Notes under the pieces: model-generated | Databases searched by the model: none | What the model was told of the DNA's origin: nothing | Seen by the model: the letters and a program-made list of their open reading frames with translations, nothing else | Program-made: the position numbers and the translations under genes | In this document: positions 25,126 through 38,545 of the stretch, piece after piece | Position numbering within the stretch: the stretch's first letter is position 1 | Layout of the letters: the number at the start of each line of letters is the position of its first letter | Source: Chiloscyllium plagiosum | Taxonomy: Eukaryota | Length of the DNA: 64,000 nucleotides | NCBI RefSeq assembly: GCF_004010195.1 | Contig: NC_057724.1 | Span: forward strand, 40,448,165 to 40,512,164 | Direction of reading: 5' to 3'

Positions 25126-26252
25126 CGTTTTGATCTGCTGGATACATGTCCACATCTATAGTACATCCTCTCAACCACTGACCTCATGAACAAAGGTATG
25201 ATGTTGGAGTGGAGGGAAGGGGGCAAACCCCATGCATCCCATCCTCGTAATTACACAGGCATGGTCGGAAAGAAAGAACAATACACAATCCTCTTGGAAG
25301 CCTCCTGTCAGGATATTCCAGAGGTGGTCAGGATTTCCACCTCCAACCTGCCATCCTCCAACTACTGAAATCCAATCCAAGTGTGGGACTACTTGCTTCT
25401 GGCATACGACATTCATTGTGGCTTAATGGCCCAGACAATGATCCACAGAATTTTCTGACAAAACCTCCAGGTCAACAGGCTCAGTTGCCAAGTAGGCTTC
25501 CCCCACTCCAAATGCTGAACCAGAAATAATATGGAGATGTAGTGGGAGGGAAAGTGGCTGCATGTCCCCTTGGATGGCTGTTATGGAGCCACAGTATTAA
25601 CCATGACCACATTCCCAGACTGCAGATCAATGGACCCCCAACCAGGAACACTGTGACCAATGTCTGATTGTAGCCAATTCCCTGGAATTAGATACTGTCT
25701 CTGATTTTACTGTGCTGGGTCCTCCTGGCCAGTGGCTGCTTTCATGGATTTCAGAGACCCCTAAAACAGAGACATGGCTGCCTGCTTGCTGCACTTGTGC
25801 TTTTTCATGAAGTGTGCGTGAGATTGACACATCATGTTGCCATATTGCACGAAGCGCACACCCTTGACTAAGGACTGCTAACCAGCAAAGCATGCTGCCT
25901 GATTGTGTCACTGCGCTAATTGACACAACAGAGCAAGGCATGTTTGCTTTGAACATGCAGGTAGGTGCTAAGTGAACAAGGGAAGAGAGAACAAGCTTCC
26001 ATGTCTGAGAGCTGGGAACCTGTGGCTGGGCGCAAACCTTCCTTGAAGCGCCTTTCAATGCTTGTTGCTGGTACACACCCTACAATGTGCTTCTTAAGTG
26101 TCTTGAAAGTGGATTGGACAGGTTCATGTAAATCTGAAGGGTTGGAAAATATCGGATGCAAATGTCCATGCATGACGGGTGTATCCTGTTGAGTTTTTTG
26201 ATCGTGCCCTATGATGCTGTTGTGTGCTGAGCAAAATCGAAGCTCTTCATAG

Positions 26253-26530
26253 TGTCACAATGCTGGTCCTTTTACAAGGTTACTACGCCCTTTAGTTTTT
26301 TCCCAGAGAGGGGGTAATTGGCCTGGCTCCAACTAGGCTGGATTTGAAAGGTTTATTGGGGCCCTTTTTGTCTATCGCTAACAGCTAATGCCTCTGGCTT
26401 AAGGCTTTCATGTCTTTAAAAAAGGTAGAATCAAAGGGGAGTGGCCAGCTAGCTGTGTAGCTAGCCTTTGTTTAGTTTAGAGTTTTTGATTCAGTTCAGC
26501 AGCAGTGCGAGTGGTGAGCTATCCTGGAAA
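26253..26530 (+). repeat. 5' part of the 5' LTR, inverted
   Basis: Starts tgtcacaatg, reverse-complement match to ~18880-19156; preceded by atag. Confidence 0.88.
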
Positions 26531-27069
26531 TGGCATATAGAAGGATGAAGCTAGAATTAGGCAAGAGTGGTGCTATGGGTGGATGGTAGTTAATGAGAAG
26601 AGTTTGGTTGATACAATGAGACAACTTGCAGAGAAGAATCCTCTGTAAAACTAAATGCAATGGACTGAAGGCAAACACACACACACAAGATTCAGTCCTT
26701 TATGTCCATTGAGAAAAAGACTGTGTTTGAGAGCCAGCCAATCCCTGTTACCTCATCATGATTCAGTGCCACTCCCATCAAAATCCAAAAAGATTTAAAA
26801 ACTCCCTCAAAACATATAGCATAGCATTTCCATTATACGTGTACTAATAAAAGAAAATCAAAAGCAACTGAGTCCAAGTTAGATGTTTAACTATTTAATT
26901 AACACCATTCGATCCCTCATAGCTAAATACACATCTAACTGGAGAGGGGTAAGAGAGGATATTAACTGGACCTGGTGAAAAGGACAAAGTGCAACAAGGT
27001 ATACTTTGGGAAGGTGAACCCGATAGACTATGAGGTAAAGCAGTGGTGATCTCACAAATTTTTCAGCCA

Positions 27070-28452
27070 AGAACATAAAACATAGAACAGTACAGGCTGG
27101 AAGAGCAAGAGCAAGGGTCTGATTCTCACACACACTTTGGCCCTCAATGTTGCGCCGACCCCTCTCCAGTTAGATGTGTATTTAGCTATGAGGGATCCAA
27201 TGGTGTTAATTAAATAGTTAACCATCCAACTTGGAGCTCAGTTGCTTTTGATTTTCTTTTATTAGTATACATATAATGGAAATACCAATCTGAAGCCCAT
27301 CTAACCTACACTATTCCATGTATGTTCATATGCTTGTCTAGTGAGGACTTAAATGTACTTAAAGTTGGCGAATCTACTACCGTTCCAGGCAAAGCATTCC
27401 ATACCCTTACTCTGAGTAAAGAAACTACCTCTGACATCTGTCCTATATCTATCACCCCTCAATTTAAAGCGATTTCCCCCTTGTGTTTGCCATCATCATA
27501 CTTGGAAAAAGGCTCTCCCTGTCCACCCTATCTAAACCTCTGATTATTTTATATGTCTCTATTAAGTCACCTCTCAACCTTCTTCTTTCCAATGGAAACA
27601 GTCTCAAGTCCCTCAGCCTTTCCTTGTAAGACCTTCCCTCCATACCAGACAACATCCTACTAAATCTACTCTGCACCCTTTCCAAAGCTTCCACGTCCTT
27701 CTTATAATGCGGTGACCAGAACTGTACACAATACTCCAACTACCTCTGACATCTGTCCTATATCTATCACCCCTCAATTTAAAGCGATTCCCCCTTGTGT
27801 TTGCCATCATCATAGCTGGAAAAAGGCTCTCCCTGTCCACCCTATCTAAACCTCTGATTATTTTATATGTCTCTATTAAGTCACCTCTCAACCTTCTTCT
27901 CTCCAATGGAAACAGTCTCAAGTCCCTCAGCCTTTCCTTGTAAGACCTTCCCTCCATACCAGACAACATCCTACTAAATCTACTCTGCACCCTTTCCAAA
28001 GCTTCCACGTCCTTCTTATAATGCGGTGACCAGAACTGTACACAATACTCCAAATGCGCCCGTACCAGAGTTTTGTACAGCTGTAGTATAATCTTGTGTT
28101 TCCAGAATTCGATCTCTCTATTAATAAAAGCTAAAACACTGTCAACCTGTGTGGCAACTTTCAAGGATCTGTGTAACTGGACACTGAGATCTCTCTGCTC
28201 ATCTACACTACCAAGAATCTTACCATTAGCCCAGTACTTTGCATTCCGGTTACTCCGACCAAAGTAAATCACCTCACACTTGGCCGCATTAAACTCCATT
28301 TGCCACCTCTCAGCCCAGCTCTGCAGCGTATCTATGTCTCTCTGTAACTTACAACATCCTTTGTCACTATCCACAACTCCACCAACCTTAGTGTTGTCTG
28401 TAAATTTACTGACCCACCCTTCTACGCCCTCACCCAGGTCGTTTATAAAAAT
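27070..28452 (-). mobile_element. CR1 3' part with internal ~315-bp tandem duplication and two templated inserts
   Basis: ORF 27613-28374 (WQMEFNAAKCEV, LEYCVQFWSP, RRLRGDLIETYKII); same subfamily as 11831-12941. Confidence 0.93.
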
Positions 28453-31400
28453 TTGTCTCCCTCAGATATTTGGGTCCCCACTCTATGATGGACAAGGCCA
28501 ACGTGTCAGTTTATGGAAATTTGCTAGAAAAAGGAAAAACTGGTGGTACAATGTTAATCAGTTAAAGGCCAATGGAATCTGAAGCATTGGCCACCAACTC
28601 TGTGCTTCTAACAAACTGGAGGAAGCAGACACTAATCCAAGTCCTCATCCAGACTGCAGACTAGTCATTGATCCAGACCCAATCGGAACACTCAATCCCG
28701 ATCCAGGCCATGATCCTGGACCAGCCTGGGACACTGTCCCTCCTGAGGCCTCAACCACAGGATCAGAAGCAGAGCTGATCCTACTAATCCCTGCCAGGAG
28801 AGGTGGGCCTCAGTGCAGAGCAATCATGAAGTGAAAGGGATGGTTAAAGACAGTACTCTCTGAATGTGTCCTATGCAGTACTCTAGCCCAGAGACAAAGA
28901 GAACCCTTTTATGAAGGGTAGTCATTTTGATGCTCCCATCCCATTGAGACTGGAAGAGCAAAAGCAAGGGTCTGATTCTCACATGCACTTCATTACACAC
29001 CAACCCTGGTGTTCTGCTAATCCCTCTGGTCATAAAAGAGCATAAACCTCTACCACCATCGTAGCCCAAATACGCTAGTCTGCCCTGGTTGTACAGGATT
29101 ACAATACCATACCTGATGATTGATGGTGATGGCTATCTTTGTGACGTTTGGGCCACTTTCATCCTTTGGCTATTTCTTGCCATCTCATCTGTGTTTTATT
29201 CAAATCAAAGGACATTTTTGTCTTTCGCCCATTTTTCATCTTGTCATCTAAATTTTAATCATCCAGAAATTTAATGGTGCCGATGCACCAACTTGCTTCT
29301 GATCTTCCATTTTTGGGTCAAGGTCAGGTCTGACACATACTGAATTGACTGACAAAAGAGTAATTGTGAGAATTTGATGAAAGCAAATTTTGGGAGGAGT
29401 TTAGTGAGCATGGTCCAAGATCAGACAGGGTAAGAGAAAAGTCTCTACAGGTCGAGAAGGGTGGGGAGATATCTAAACTTGGTCAGATATTACATAGGTA
29501 TAAGAACAGATGCCACCTTGATCCCCGCTGCTGGATGGCAACATACAGCCTGTTGATCTATATTGGTTGGAATGTCAGAATACGATTGTGAGAAGCGCTA
29601 ACTGGACAAGTGTACATTTATCCTGGCTCTATGTAGTTTGTCCCACCAGCGGCAGGCAAACATGAGGATGATGTTTGGTGAGTCAACCCCAACAAATCCA
29701 TGATGTTTGGCTCCAAAAACCAGCAGGTTGAGTGTAGGAAGCCACATGGTAGCTCAGATTATTGCTATCTGAACACAGAATGGGGTTTTTCCACAAATGT
29801 ATGTACAGAAATGAAAAGCTTTGCTACTAGTTCAGAGGAAGGGCTAGAAATGGGGCAATGATGGCCCAAAAGGTCATAAGGGAAAACTATGTCCTGTATG
29901 AAATTAGAAATTACACGTTTTTCTGCGAACTACCTCAGAATCGCAAAATAGAATGGTTTTAAAACACAGGAAAAACCTGCATGACACCATCCACTATAAA
30001 TTGGTCAGAATATGTCCAGATCCCAGTTGCCAGAGTGGTGCCCTTCTGAACTTCAGAAATTATACTTGTATTTGACCCACCATCTATTAGGATGGAAGAC
30101 AGGGTTTGACATGAGGGAGGTCAGACCATAGCCAGCCAGCCTTTAAAACAAGAGAAATGCTAAATGATGTGGCAACAGCTACTGAGTAGGAGTGTCCACA
30201 GTCAATAACCTTAACTTGACTAAGTTGGATAGTATACACAGACGTTTAAACCAGCAAGTTAGCAAAACTTCAATAAAATTAGTCTGGACAGTCAGCAAGA
30301 GGCAGGGGGAGTAAAATAAACACATGGTCATAGTGCTAGAATGGCACACCAGAACTGTAAATGAGATCAGCTGTGGAATGATAAGCAACACAATAGGACT
30401 CGATGCAACATCTATTGTCTGTAGATGATCAAATAATCATGGTCTGTCTGCGTACTATAAACTAATAAATCTTTTCTTACATCAACCCACGAAAGTTTAA
30501 TCACTTGCGGCAATTGTCTTGGGCAAGTAGTCATTTCTCATACGGTATCTCTTCTCTTGGAGAAGTTCTTCAAGGGACATATTAAATTGGAAAGACTTTT
30601 CATTCCATTCACATGCACACAGGCCAATTAATCCTTACACACTGTGCTTACATATCAGGGTCAATTAATTACTCAGCAGTAAATCCACAAGCTGATGGAA
30701 TAGTCATTCCTTATTCATTATGTTTTTCCATTAGTCTATTGATTACTGTTTATGCTCTGGATCCATACTTTGGGAACATTCTGTCTTTCACAGAAAGACA
30801 TTCACATTCACGCAATCACACATTCACACATCATATGTACACATTGGGACTAATTAACTTTCATGCATCTATTTATGAGCTGTCTGCCTCAATTAGGTGA
30901 GTAATCCAGAACCTGATCAAAGCAGTTATACCAAGTTCACAAACCTCTAAAATTCTTTACCCTCTAAACCTTCTTGAAATTTTGGTTTTATTTGCAGAAT
31001 TCAACAATACAATAATGGCAGATTATAAAGGAATGATTGAAGTCAAAGACCCCAACATATCTCAGTCTTGAGCCTGCCAAAAAGTCACTCAGAAATGCAG
31101 TTAGTCAGTGAAAAATGAAACCTGACAGACTTCGAAACAAAAAATAGACTTTGAGGTTGATCTGAAGTTGTGGAGATGTAAAGGAAATGTCTGTCTATAG
31201 TTTTACATTTCAGTTCTTCCAACATAGTTACTGACTGTTCACAGCATAAAGGCAAAATTTTCTACAAATTGAAAATTCAACCATTAAAGCCATGAAGAAG
31301 GGTAGCATATCACAGGAAGAAGTTGTCTTTCAATCACAGAATAACTCAGGTATTGGTCTGTTTACTCAAAAAGGTAAACAATGGCACAAATATTTAGAGT

Positions 31401-31599
31401 ATAATGAATATAATAAAATAATAAAGTATTAAAGGTAGTCTGAAATATGTTAAAATGGCATGGACAAATTGCCCTCTTGTTTGCCTTCCACCACCAGACA
31501 ATGCAAAATAGTATTTTTCTTGGAGATAAACTTATTAATATTAGCCAATTCAACTTGTTGGACTTACTCACCCTCTGGTATGCTTAGTGGTTTCCATCT

Positions 31600-32005
31600 C
31601 TTTAAATGTAGATGTTATGGATGTAAAATATGAAGAAACAAAAACATAAAATGGATTGCACCACATGCTAAAGGTACGTAAAAAGGAAAGGATTAGCAAA
31701 GAAAAATATGAGTCATGAGTGTGGTGCTGGGAAAGCACAGCAGGTCAGGTAGCATCCAAGGAGCAGGAAAATTGATTTTTCAGACATAAACCCTTCATCA
31801 GCTCATTCCTATGAAGGGCTTATGCCTGAAACATCAATTCTCCTACTCCTCAGATGCTGCTGTGCTTTTCCAGCACCACACTCTCGACTCTGATGTCCAG
31901 CATCTGCAGTCGTCACTTTCTTCAAAGAAAAATATGAGTCTGTTACAGGTAGAGACAAGATAATTTATAACATAAGTGAAGAAATGGCAGAAAACTACTC
32001 AAGTA
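31600..32005 (+). mobile_element. Decayed CR1 ORF2 mid fragment containing palindromic insert D
   Basis: YVKRKGLAKKNMSLLQVET...EEMAE reads across the TSD and resembles the CR1 pre-RT region. Confidence 0.6.
31715..31922 (+). mobile_element. Palindromic Penelope-derived mini-insert (copy D), older
   Basis: Imperfect arms homologous to copies A-C, same tail, 18-bp TSD caaagaaaaatatgagtc at 31697-31714 and 31923-31940; decayed hammerhead motifs on both arms. Confidence 0.88.
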
Positions 32006-33559
32006 CTGTTATGACCCACCTGGGAAAGTGTGAAGACTCTCAAGCCTTTGCTACTCTTGGGGCTGCCACAAATCTAATAATCTGTTGAAAATGTACAAAG
32101 TTCCCAATTTCCCTGTCTGATAGAATCCAGTTTACAGACAATACTGTATCTACCTGTATCGACCAAGGACCTTTGGTTATTACAAACAACTACCTAAGTG
32201 TCAACATATAGCTGTACTATGGCTGTACTAATACTAACACTCTTTCAAATTTTTACTTACAGGCAGAAAGAACAAAATAAAAGTAACAGTGTTATGGATG
32301 GTTGGAAAAACATATTGGGAAACTCAATTCAATGGGATCATTCCACAGTGTTAGATGAAGTATTCCTTTTGTTTCTGAATACCTACCATTATTCAATCCT
32401 CTTTTTCATAAAGATCTTTTAGTTCTTCACTGGAAGCTCAGGACAATTGGTACATTAATTACTACTTCCCCTCCAAATAGTTCACCCGACCAGGAGTCAG
32501 AGATGCATCATCATGCTGATGACTTTTGGTCTCATTTGCAGAAAACAAAAGCTAATCACTCTCTGTGTATGCATCCTAATGATGTGCCATCTTACCTCAC
32601 CTCCCCACCTACTTGCAAAGAAGCAGTGTAAGCATAACTCACGGAGTTTGAGTAACTTGTTTTCAAAAGTTCAGCAATTCCTTCCGCAGTCTTTGGTTTT
32701 AAAACATTTGTTTTCCCCATTTCAGCCTACAACCAAAAATAAAGGGTAAAAAGATATGGTTTTTGTATGTCTCCAGTGTTATGAAGGTGTCGTGGAAATT
32801 AAATCAACTGTTAGCAAGAGCAAAGAAAAGAGCTTTATTCAGATTCTGCAGAATCGACCCAATATATTCGGCCAAATGCCTCATGTAAGGGGCACCTGAG
32901 CATAATTCAGATACTCTTCTTACAGCATTCTTATTACGCTCTCAAGAGCAAAGACTGGGAAGACTCAAGTTGTTATTTTCTCATCCCCTGGTCGTGGACA
33001 TAACTGTTCTTATGCTTTCCTCAGCCTTCACTGAATTCAACTGTCACAAGGTCAAGTTGAACATTTACAAAGTTCAAACAAAGACAGCTGTCTCCTGGCT
33101 GCAGAACTCAGCAAAGTATTGTTTGCAAAGCTCAGCATAGCGCTAAATTTAGAAAGGCATTCTCTTTTAGATTTCACTGTAAATGTTAAATTTGTTAATT
33201 TTCCATTACAAAAGGATAAAACACTATTTCCAACACAGAGTTTAATCACAAGGAATGTGATACACAAACAAAAAAAAATGAAACTTACATCCTTTCTTTC
33301 ACTTCATACACTTTATACAGCCATACATAATTTCTTAAATCTTGAATTTATTCCATCATTTTATGATTGGAGCAATGCATCCATGTTCACATTATCTTTT
33401 CCAGCAAAGTGAGGAGTCTTTACATTAAATGCTTGAAACCAGCTTCACATTTCAAGTATCAAACTTTTTCAATAAATGCCTAAATGAATCAATCAGTTAT
33501 TAGTGTAGATTTGTGACCATACTGGATGTGTATTTCAAAGTTTGAGACAATAATAATCT

Positions 33560-36500
33560 CAAAGTCTTTCTATAATGGAGTACTTCTTCTGAGGTTGATT
33601 TGATTTCTTAGAATTGTATCTCACTGACCTCTATTCTCAACTCATCCTGTAACAAGACTGCATCTACCTCCAAGTTGCTTGCATCATTCATCATTTTGAA
33701 AGGTGTAGAAAAATCAGGGGTGGCTAGTACAGTTTCATTTCTTAGGATTGCCTTCAGCTTCTTAAAGGCTGCCTGGCATACCACTTTTGCTGGTTTCCTT
33801 AACCAATTTATTCAAGATTACAGCAATTGTGCTGAAGTTGCACACAAAAACTGATAAAACCTAAAAATCTCATGAAATCCCATTTAATTTTAGCAACAAG
33901 GAATTTTAATAGAGCCTTCAGTTTCACTGCCCTTAGCCACAGTTGCCCTTGTCCTATTGTATATCCTAGGTAAGTTATTTTTGCTGTCACAACTTAGCTT
34001 TTGGTTAATTTGAATACAAAGCCAGTCAGCTGAAGTTGCTAAAACGGGTCTTCTACTTGTCTCACTTGTCTTCCCATGTCTCCCTATATATTTCAGTGTC
34101 CAAAGTTGCGTACCACAGGTGTGACTTGATTCATAAGCCTTTGAAATGTAGCTAATGAATTCTTTAATCTGAATGGCATAACTCTACATTGGTATAATCA
34201 ACTTGGTATGATGAAAGCAAATATTTCCGTCAGTCCTTGATGTTAATGGTACTTTCCAATCTTAGAAAGGAATGAAATATTGTCAACTCTATCGATGTAG
34301 ATCTAATTGTGGAATTGGGTACAAATCTAGTTTTCATTATTTCTGTGTTGGCAAATTGAGATTCACTTTGAAACTCTCCCTCACGTATTGACTCTATCAT
34401 CCTCTACTACACTTACCATCTCTCACTCTCTCTTATTCTCTTCCCCAAAATTATATCCTTTCAACATGTTTATGATGCAACTGATTCTTCTTCTTATGAT
34501 CAGGAGTTCATAATGGATGAGTTAAGTTAGTAACCCTCCTAACTATCTTATTGGGACCACTGAATTTTACTTTGAGTGGTTCACATTGCAAAAGCAAAAA
34601 TACTGATACTTCATCTCTTACTTGAAATGTTCTAATTGTAGTATGTGTGTGTGTGTTTGTCTATTCTTTCATTTTCACATGTGAAGCTTTAAACCACTGT
34701 CGTGTTACTTTAGGTTCTCCTATGAGAATATTGATGATTCATCTTCTTGTTCAAGAACATCTCCCTAATTAATCTTAATGGACTTTGTTTCTTATGACAA
34801 AAGATTGATTCAAATGGATTACATCTAGTAGCTTTTTTTTGTGATATTTCTGGTAGTAAATAATCAGAGGTGTAATTCTTTGTCTCAGTCCTGTGGATAT
34901 TTGTGACAGTTTTGAGAGTCTGATAGCATTGCCAAAGGTCCCTTTGTAGTTGATACACAGTTGTCTTATGCCCAAACAGCTGATAATGTTCTGGTAAACT
35001 TTTATCCTGATCGGATTGTATCTCAATTGACAATCCATAACAAATAAAATCTGATTTAACTTTTCCACTACCATAATGGTCCAAAAAAAAGCTTATGGAA
35101 ATCATATTGTCATATCCATTATTGTAAGGATATATTGATATTCTGCTTTCATTTTCATTAATGGTCCTACACAATCTATTTTCATGCAAATGAACAATTC
35201 TTCAAAAAATAAGAGATATCAAAGGTGCTGGTTTGACTACATATTGAGGTTTTCCTACTCTGTCATGTATGATACATTTTACAGAACTGCATTATGTCCT
35301 TTTGAAGTTTTGGCCATCAAAATGCCTGTTACTTGATATTTGTATTTTCGGTATTGCTTCATGTCTGCCATAAAAATGTTAAGAGCTACTTGCAATATCT
35401 CCATTTGATATCTGGGTGATACACTATTTGATGAATGGCTATTCATTCTTCCTTGGCAGGTCTGTGATGATGTCTCCACTTACTCATCAGAACTCAGTTT
35501 ATAAGACAGTAGCAATTGGAACTCCTTCAGCCACAACTTCAGTATGAGCTATGTGTGCTACCTTATTTAACTCTGCAACTGTTTTTTGAGCCTCAATTAG
35601 TGAAAACATGCCAAGCACCTCTTTTGAATTATTCTTATTCTTAAATAATGTTTTGGCGACTTGGATAACCTATTTGTGGTATTACTTGACCTTTGGTGAT
35701 CAGTTTTGTTTAGCTATCACTCTGATCACTTCACACAATTGAAAAATATACTGAACATACATGAAAAGCATGATGGCTCAGTGATTAGCACTGCTGCCTC
35801 ACAGTGCCAGGGACTTGGTTTGATTTCACCATCGGGTGACTGTCTGTATAGAATTTGCACATTCTCCTCATGTTTGTGTGGGTTTCCTCCAGATGCTCCG
35901 GTTTCCTCCCACAATCCAAAGATGTGCAGGTTGTGTGGATTGGCCATGCTAAATTGCGCATAGTGTCTAAGTGGATTAGCCATGGGAAATGAAGGGTTAC
36001 AAGGATGGGTCTGGGTGGTATGCTCTTCAGATGGTCAGTGTGGACTTGTTGGACTGAATGGCCCATTTCTGCACTGCAGGGATCCTATTCTATGAACATA
36101 GCTCTGTTTGGACTAAATCAACTCTGCCCACCACTTAACAGCCCTCACTTTCACTGATCCAGATAACAAGACACACTTCAGTTGGACTTTATACAATGGC
36201 ACAGATTATATTTTCCACCTATCCCATGTGCCAACACTTTGGCTTTCATTGAATTTTCTGGATCATAAACAAACTGCTTCTTCAGCAAAAGAGTTACAGT
36301 AGCCCCTGTATCCCTGTGTATAGTTATAGGTTTGGTTGCCTCATATGAAAAAAAGTTAACTTCCCTTTTCTCACAAACTCTTTATAACTCATCTTCTCTA
36401 CATACCTCTACAATCACATCATCATTTATCTTTGGTTTCTTAGCTGTCACGAAAGCTGCAACTTGATCCATGGCATTTTCCCTTAGAGTTCATTTTACAG

Positions 36501-37700
36501 ACTTATTTCTATGACCTCCAATAAGTCCCATGGATTTTTATCACAACTTCTAATATTCTGAATAAATGTGCTACAATAGAAACAATTTGGCCTTTGATTT
36601 TCACTTGAATCTTGAGTACTTTCTTTTCTCATTTCAGGAGGAGATATTGGGGCATTCCCACCTATTTTTCTTTACCTTGGCTACTTGCCGTCCTTTTACT
36701 GTCCCACTTTGAATCCCTTTTGAATTGATAAGGGTGATGGACGAAAGGTTAGTTTAATGGATCAATTCCTAATTGTCAGCAGTGGCTGCTGCCTGTCTAG
36801 CAGCTGTAATCCCTTGTTCTTTTTTAATCTCAACATGGATTTTTATTACAGAAGGTAGTGTGTTTTAAATTCCTCTAGCAGAATAATCTCCAAAGGACTT
36901 CCACACGTGGTTTCAGTTCCTAAGTTTCATAATTGTTAAATTACTTTCCTTAACCCTTTCAAATTCAATATACGTTTGCCAAGGTATTTGCCTTAAATTC
37001 TGAAACCTTTACCTACATGCCTCAGGAACTAAATCATATACAGCCAATATAACTCTTCTTACAGTGTAATAATCTCAAAAAACCTTCTGACAGTGAAGCA
37101 TCGATTTCTGATGCATTCCATGTCAAGTAATTCTAAGTGCATGTTCAATTTTATTTTGATAAAGTCATTTGTTTCAATTTGTCTCAAAGCATGTAGAATG
37201 CCTTCACATCTTTGCTCAAATTTTGGTAGGGCCTGTACAAACTTAAAAAAATTCCTTACCAGGCTTCAGATTATGATTTGACTATTTCCCATGAGAGCAT
37301 CTGATGTCGTCTTCTATTTCAACTGCATCATTTTAAGCCTAAATTCCCTATTTGTCTTTTCCTTTTTGCTCTGCAATTCTAATTCTAGTCTTCTCATTTG
37401 CCTTTCTTTAACTACTTCTGTTTGGAATTCCAACTCCAAATTTTATTTCAAGTTGCTTTAATTTTACTTAATATTCAAACTGTGACTTAATATCACCTGA
37501 TTCCAAAATTTCATTATCTGGAGAACCTGGCTTTTATTTCTATTAAACTCAAATGCTATGCTAGTACTTCAATTATGGCAACCTTCTTAGTTTTAGCAAA
37601 CAATTTCACTCCCCACTTGAATTCATCAGTTATTTTTGGTATAATTGAATACTGTCAAGGACAACTCTGCCACCTCCAGGAATTTTGTTGCAATTTCCAG
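33560..37700 (-). mobile_element. Second, older Gmr1-like Gypsy internal region
   Basis: SCAN-like gag (YDLVPEA..RFQNL..QTYIEFERVK, ~36950-37040), integrase remnants ~34800-35400, RT (YQCRVMPFRLKN..ATFQRLMNQV ~34125-34195; AKITYLGYTIGQG). Confidence 0.8.
35767..36093 (+). mobile_element. HE1-type V-SINE, diverged
   Basis: Colinear with the other HE1 copies. Confidence 0.88.
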
Positions 37701-37713
37701 TATCATTTCTAAT

Positions 37714-37900
37714 TCAAGACCATAAGAAATAGGAACAGGAATAGACTGTTCAATCCCTTAAGTCTTTTCTACCATCAATGGAATCATGGTTGAACGGCAT
37801 TCTTCACATCCACTTTCCTGCCCTTTCCCCATAATCCTTGATTCCCCGTGGATGAATAATCTATTTTAGCTTTCAAATATGAAAAAAGATCTCTGCCTCT
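37714..37900 (-). mobile_element. CR1 3' UTR fragment
   Basis: accataagaaataggaacagga...tttccccataatccttgattcccc; reverse complement resembles 51290-51445. Confidence 0.75.
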
Positions 37901-38194
37901 GTAGAATCTGGTGTTTTCTTTAACTTTATCACTCACTAATACGATCACTAAAATAATCTCTGATGAGCCCAAATCTCTTGTTATGAACCACCTAAGAAAA
38001 TCCATTGATTCTCCAGCCCCACAACACCTAATGTCACCTCATATGATATTGATTTAATCAAAGTCCCATGAGTGAGTAAAATAAAGTAAGCAAAGTGACT
38101 AATTTACCTGTCTGATTGAATCGGAGTAAAAGAAAATACTGACGACGTCAGATGCTCTTATGGGAAATATCCAAATCATAATCTGAAATAATTC

Positions 38195-38352
38195 GAACAT
38201 AGAACATTACAGCGCAGTACAGGCCCTTCGGCCCTCGATGGTTCCACAGGTTGGCGCAACAATCTGAAGCCCATCTATCCTACACTATTCCATTTTCTTC
38301 CATATGTTTATCCAATGACCATTTAAATGCCGTTAAAGTTGGTGAGACTACT
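38195..38352 (-). mobile_element. CR1 3' end fragment
   Basis: Reverse complement of the 12790-12941-type tail. Confidence 0.88.
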
Positions 38353-38366
38353 ACTGTTAAATTAAA

Positions 38367-38545
38367 AATTACACAACACCAGGTTATAGTCCAACAGGTT
38401 TAATTGGAAGCACACTAGCTTTCGGAGCGACGCTCCTTCATCGAAAGCTAGTGTGCTTCCAATTAAACCTGTTGGACTATAACCTGGTGTTGTGTGATTT
38501 TTAACTTTGTATACCCCAGTCCAACACCGGCATCTCCGAATCATG
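38367..38545 (+). mobile_element. Palindromic PLE-derived mini-insert of a different family (copy F)
   Basis: 63-bp arms at 38362-38424 and 38442-38504 (1 mismatch), 41-nt tail, 14-bp TSD actgttaaattaaa (38353-38366, 38546-38559); minus strand at the apex reads (tc)GATGA-A-GGAGC-gtc-GCTCC-GAAA-GCTA. Confidence 0.88.

Noticed and set aside
23791-26530. Integrated 1-LTR circle or a separate plus-strand provirus
   Set aside because: No polypurine tract before 26253, the intervening DNA is not Gypsy, and the flank matches the TSD of the minus-strand element.
29330-30500. Possible DIRS-like RT remnant on the minus strand
   Set aside because: Only faint motif echoes; needs tblastn/HMM to support.
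32007-38010. tgttatgacccacct (~32007) and tgttatgaaccacct (~37979) as LTR ends of the second Gypsy
   Set aside because: Similarity could not be extended reliably by eye; no TSD found.
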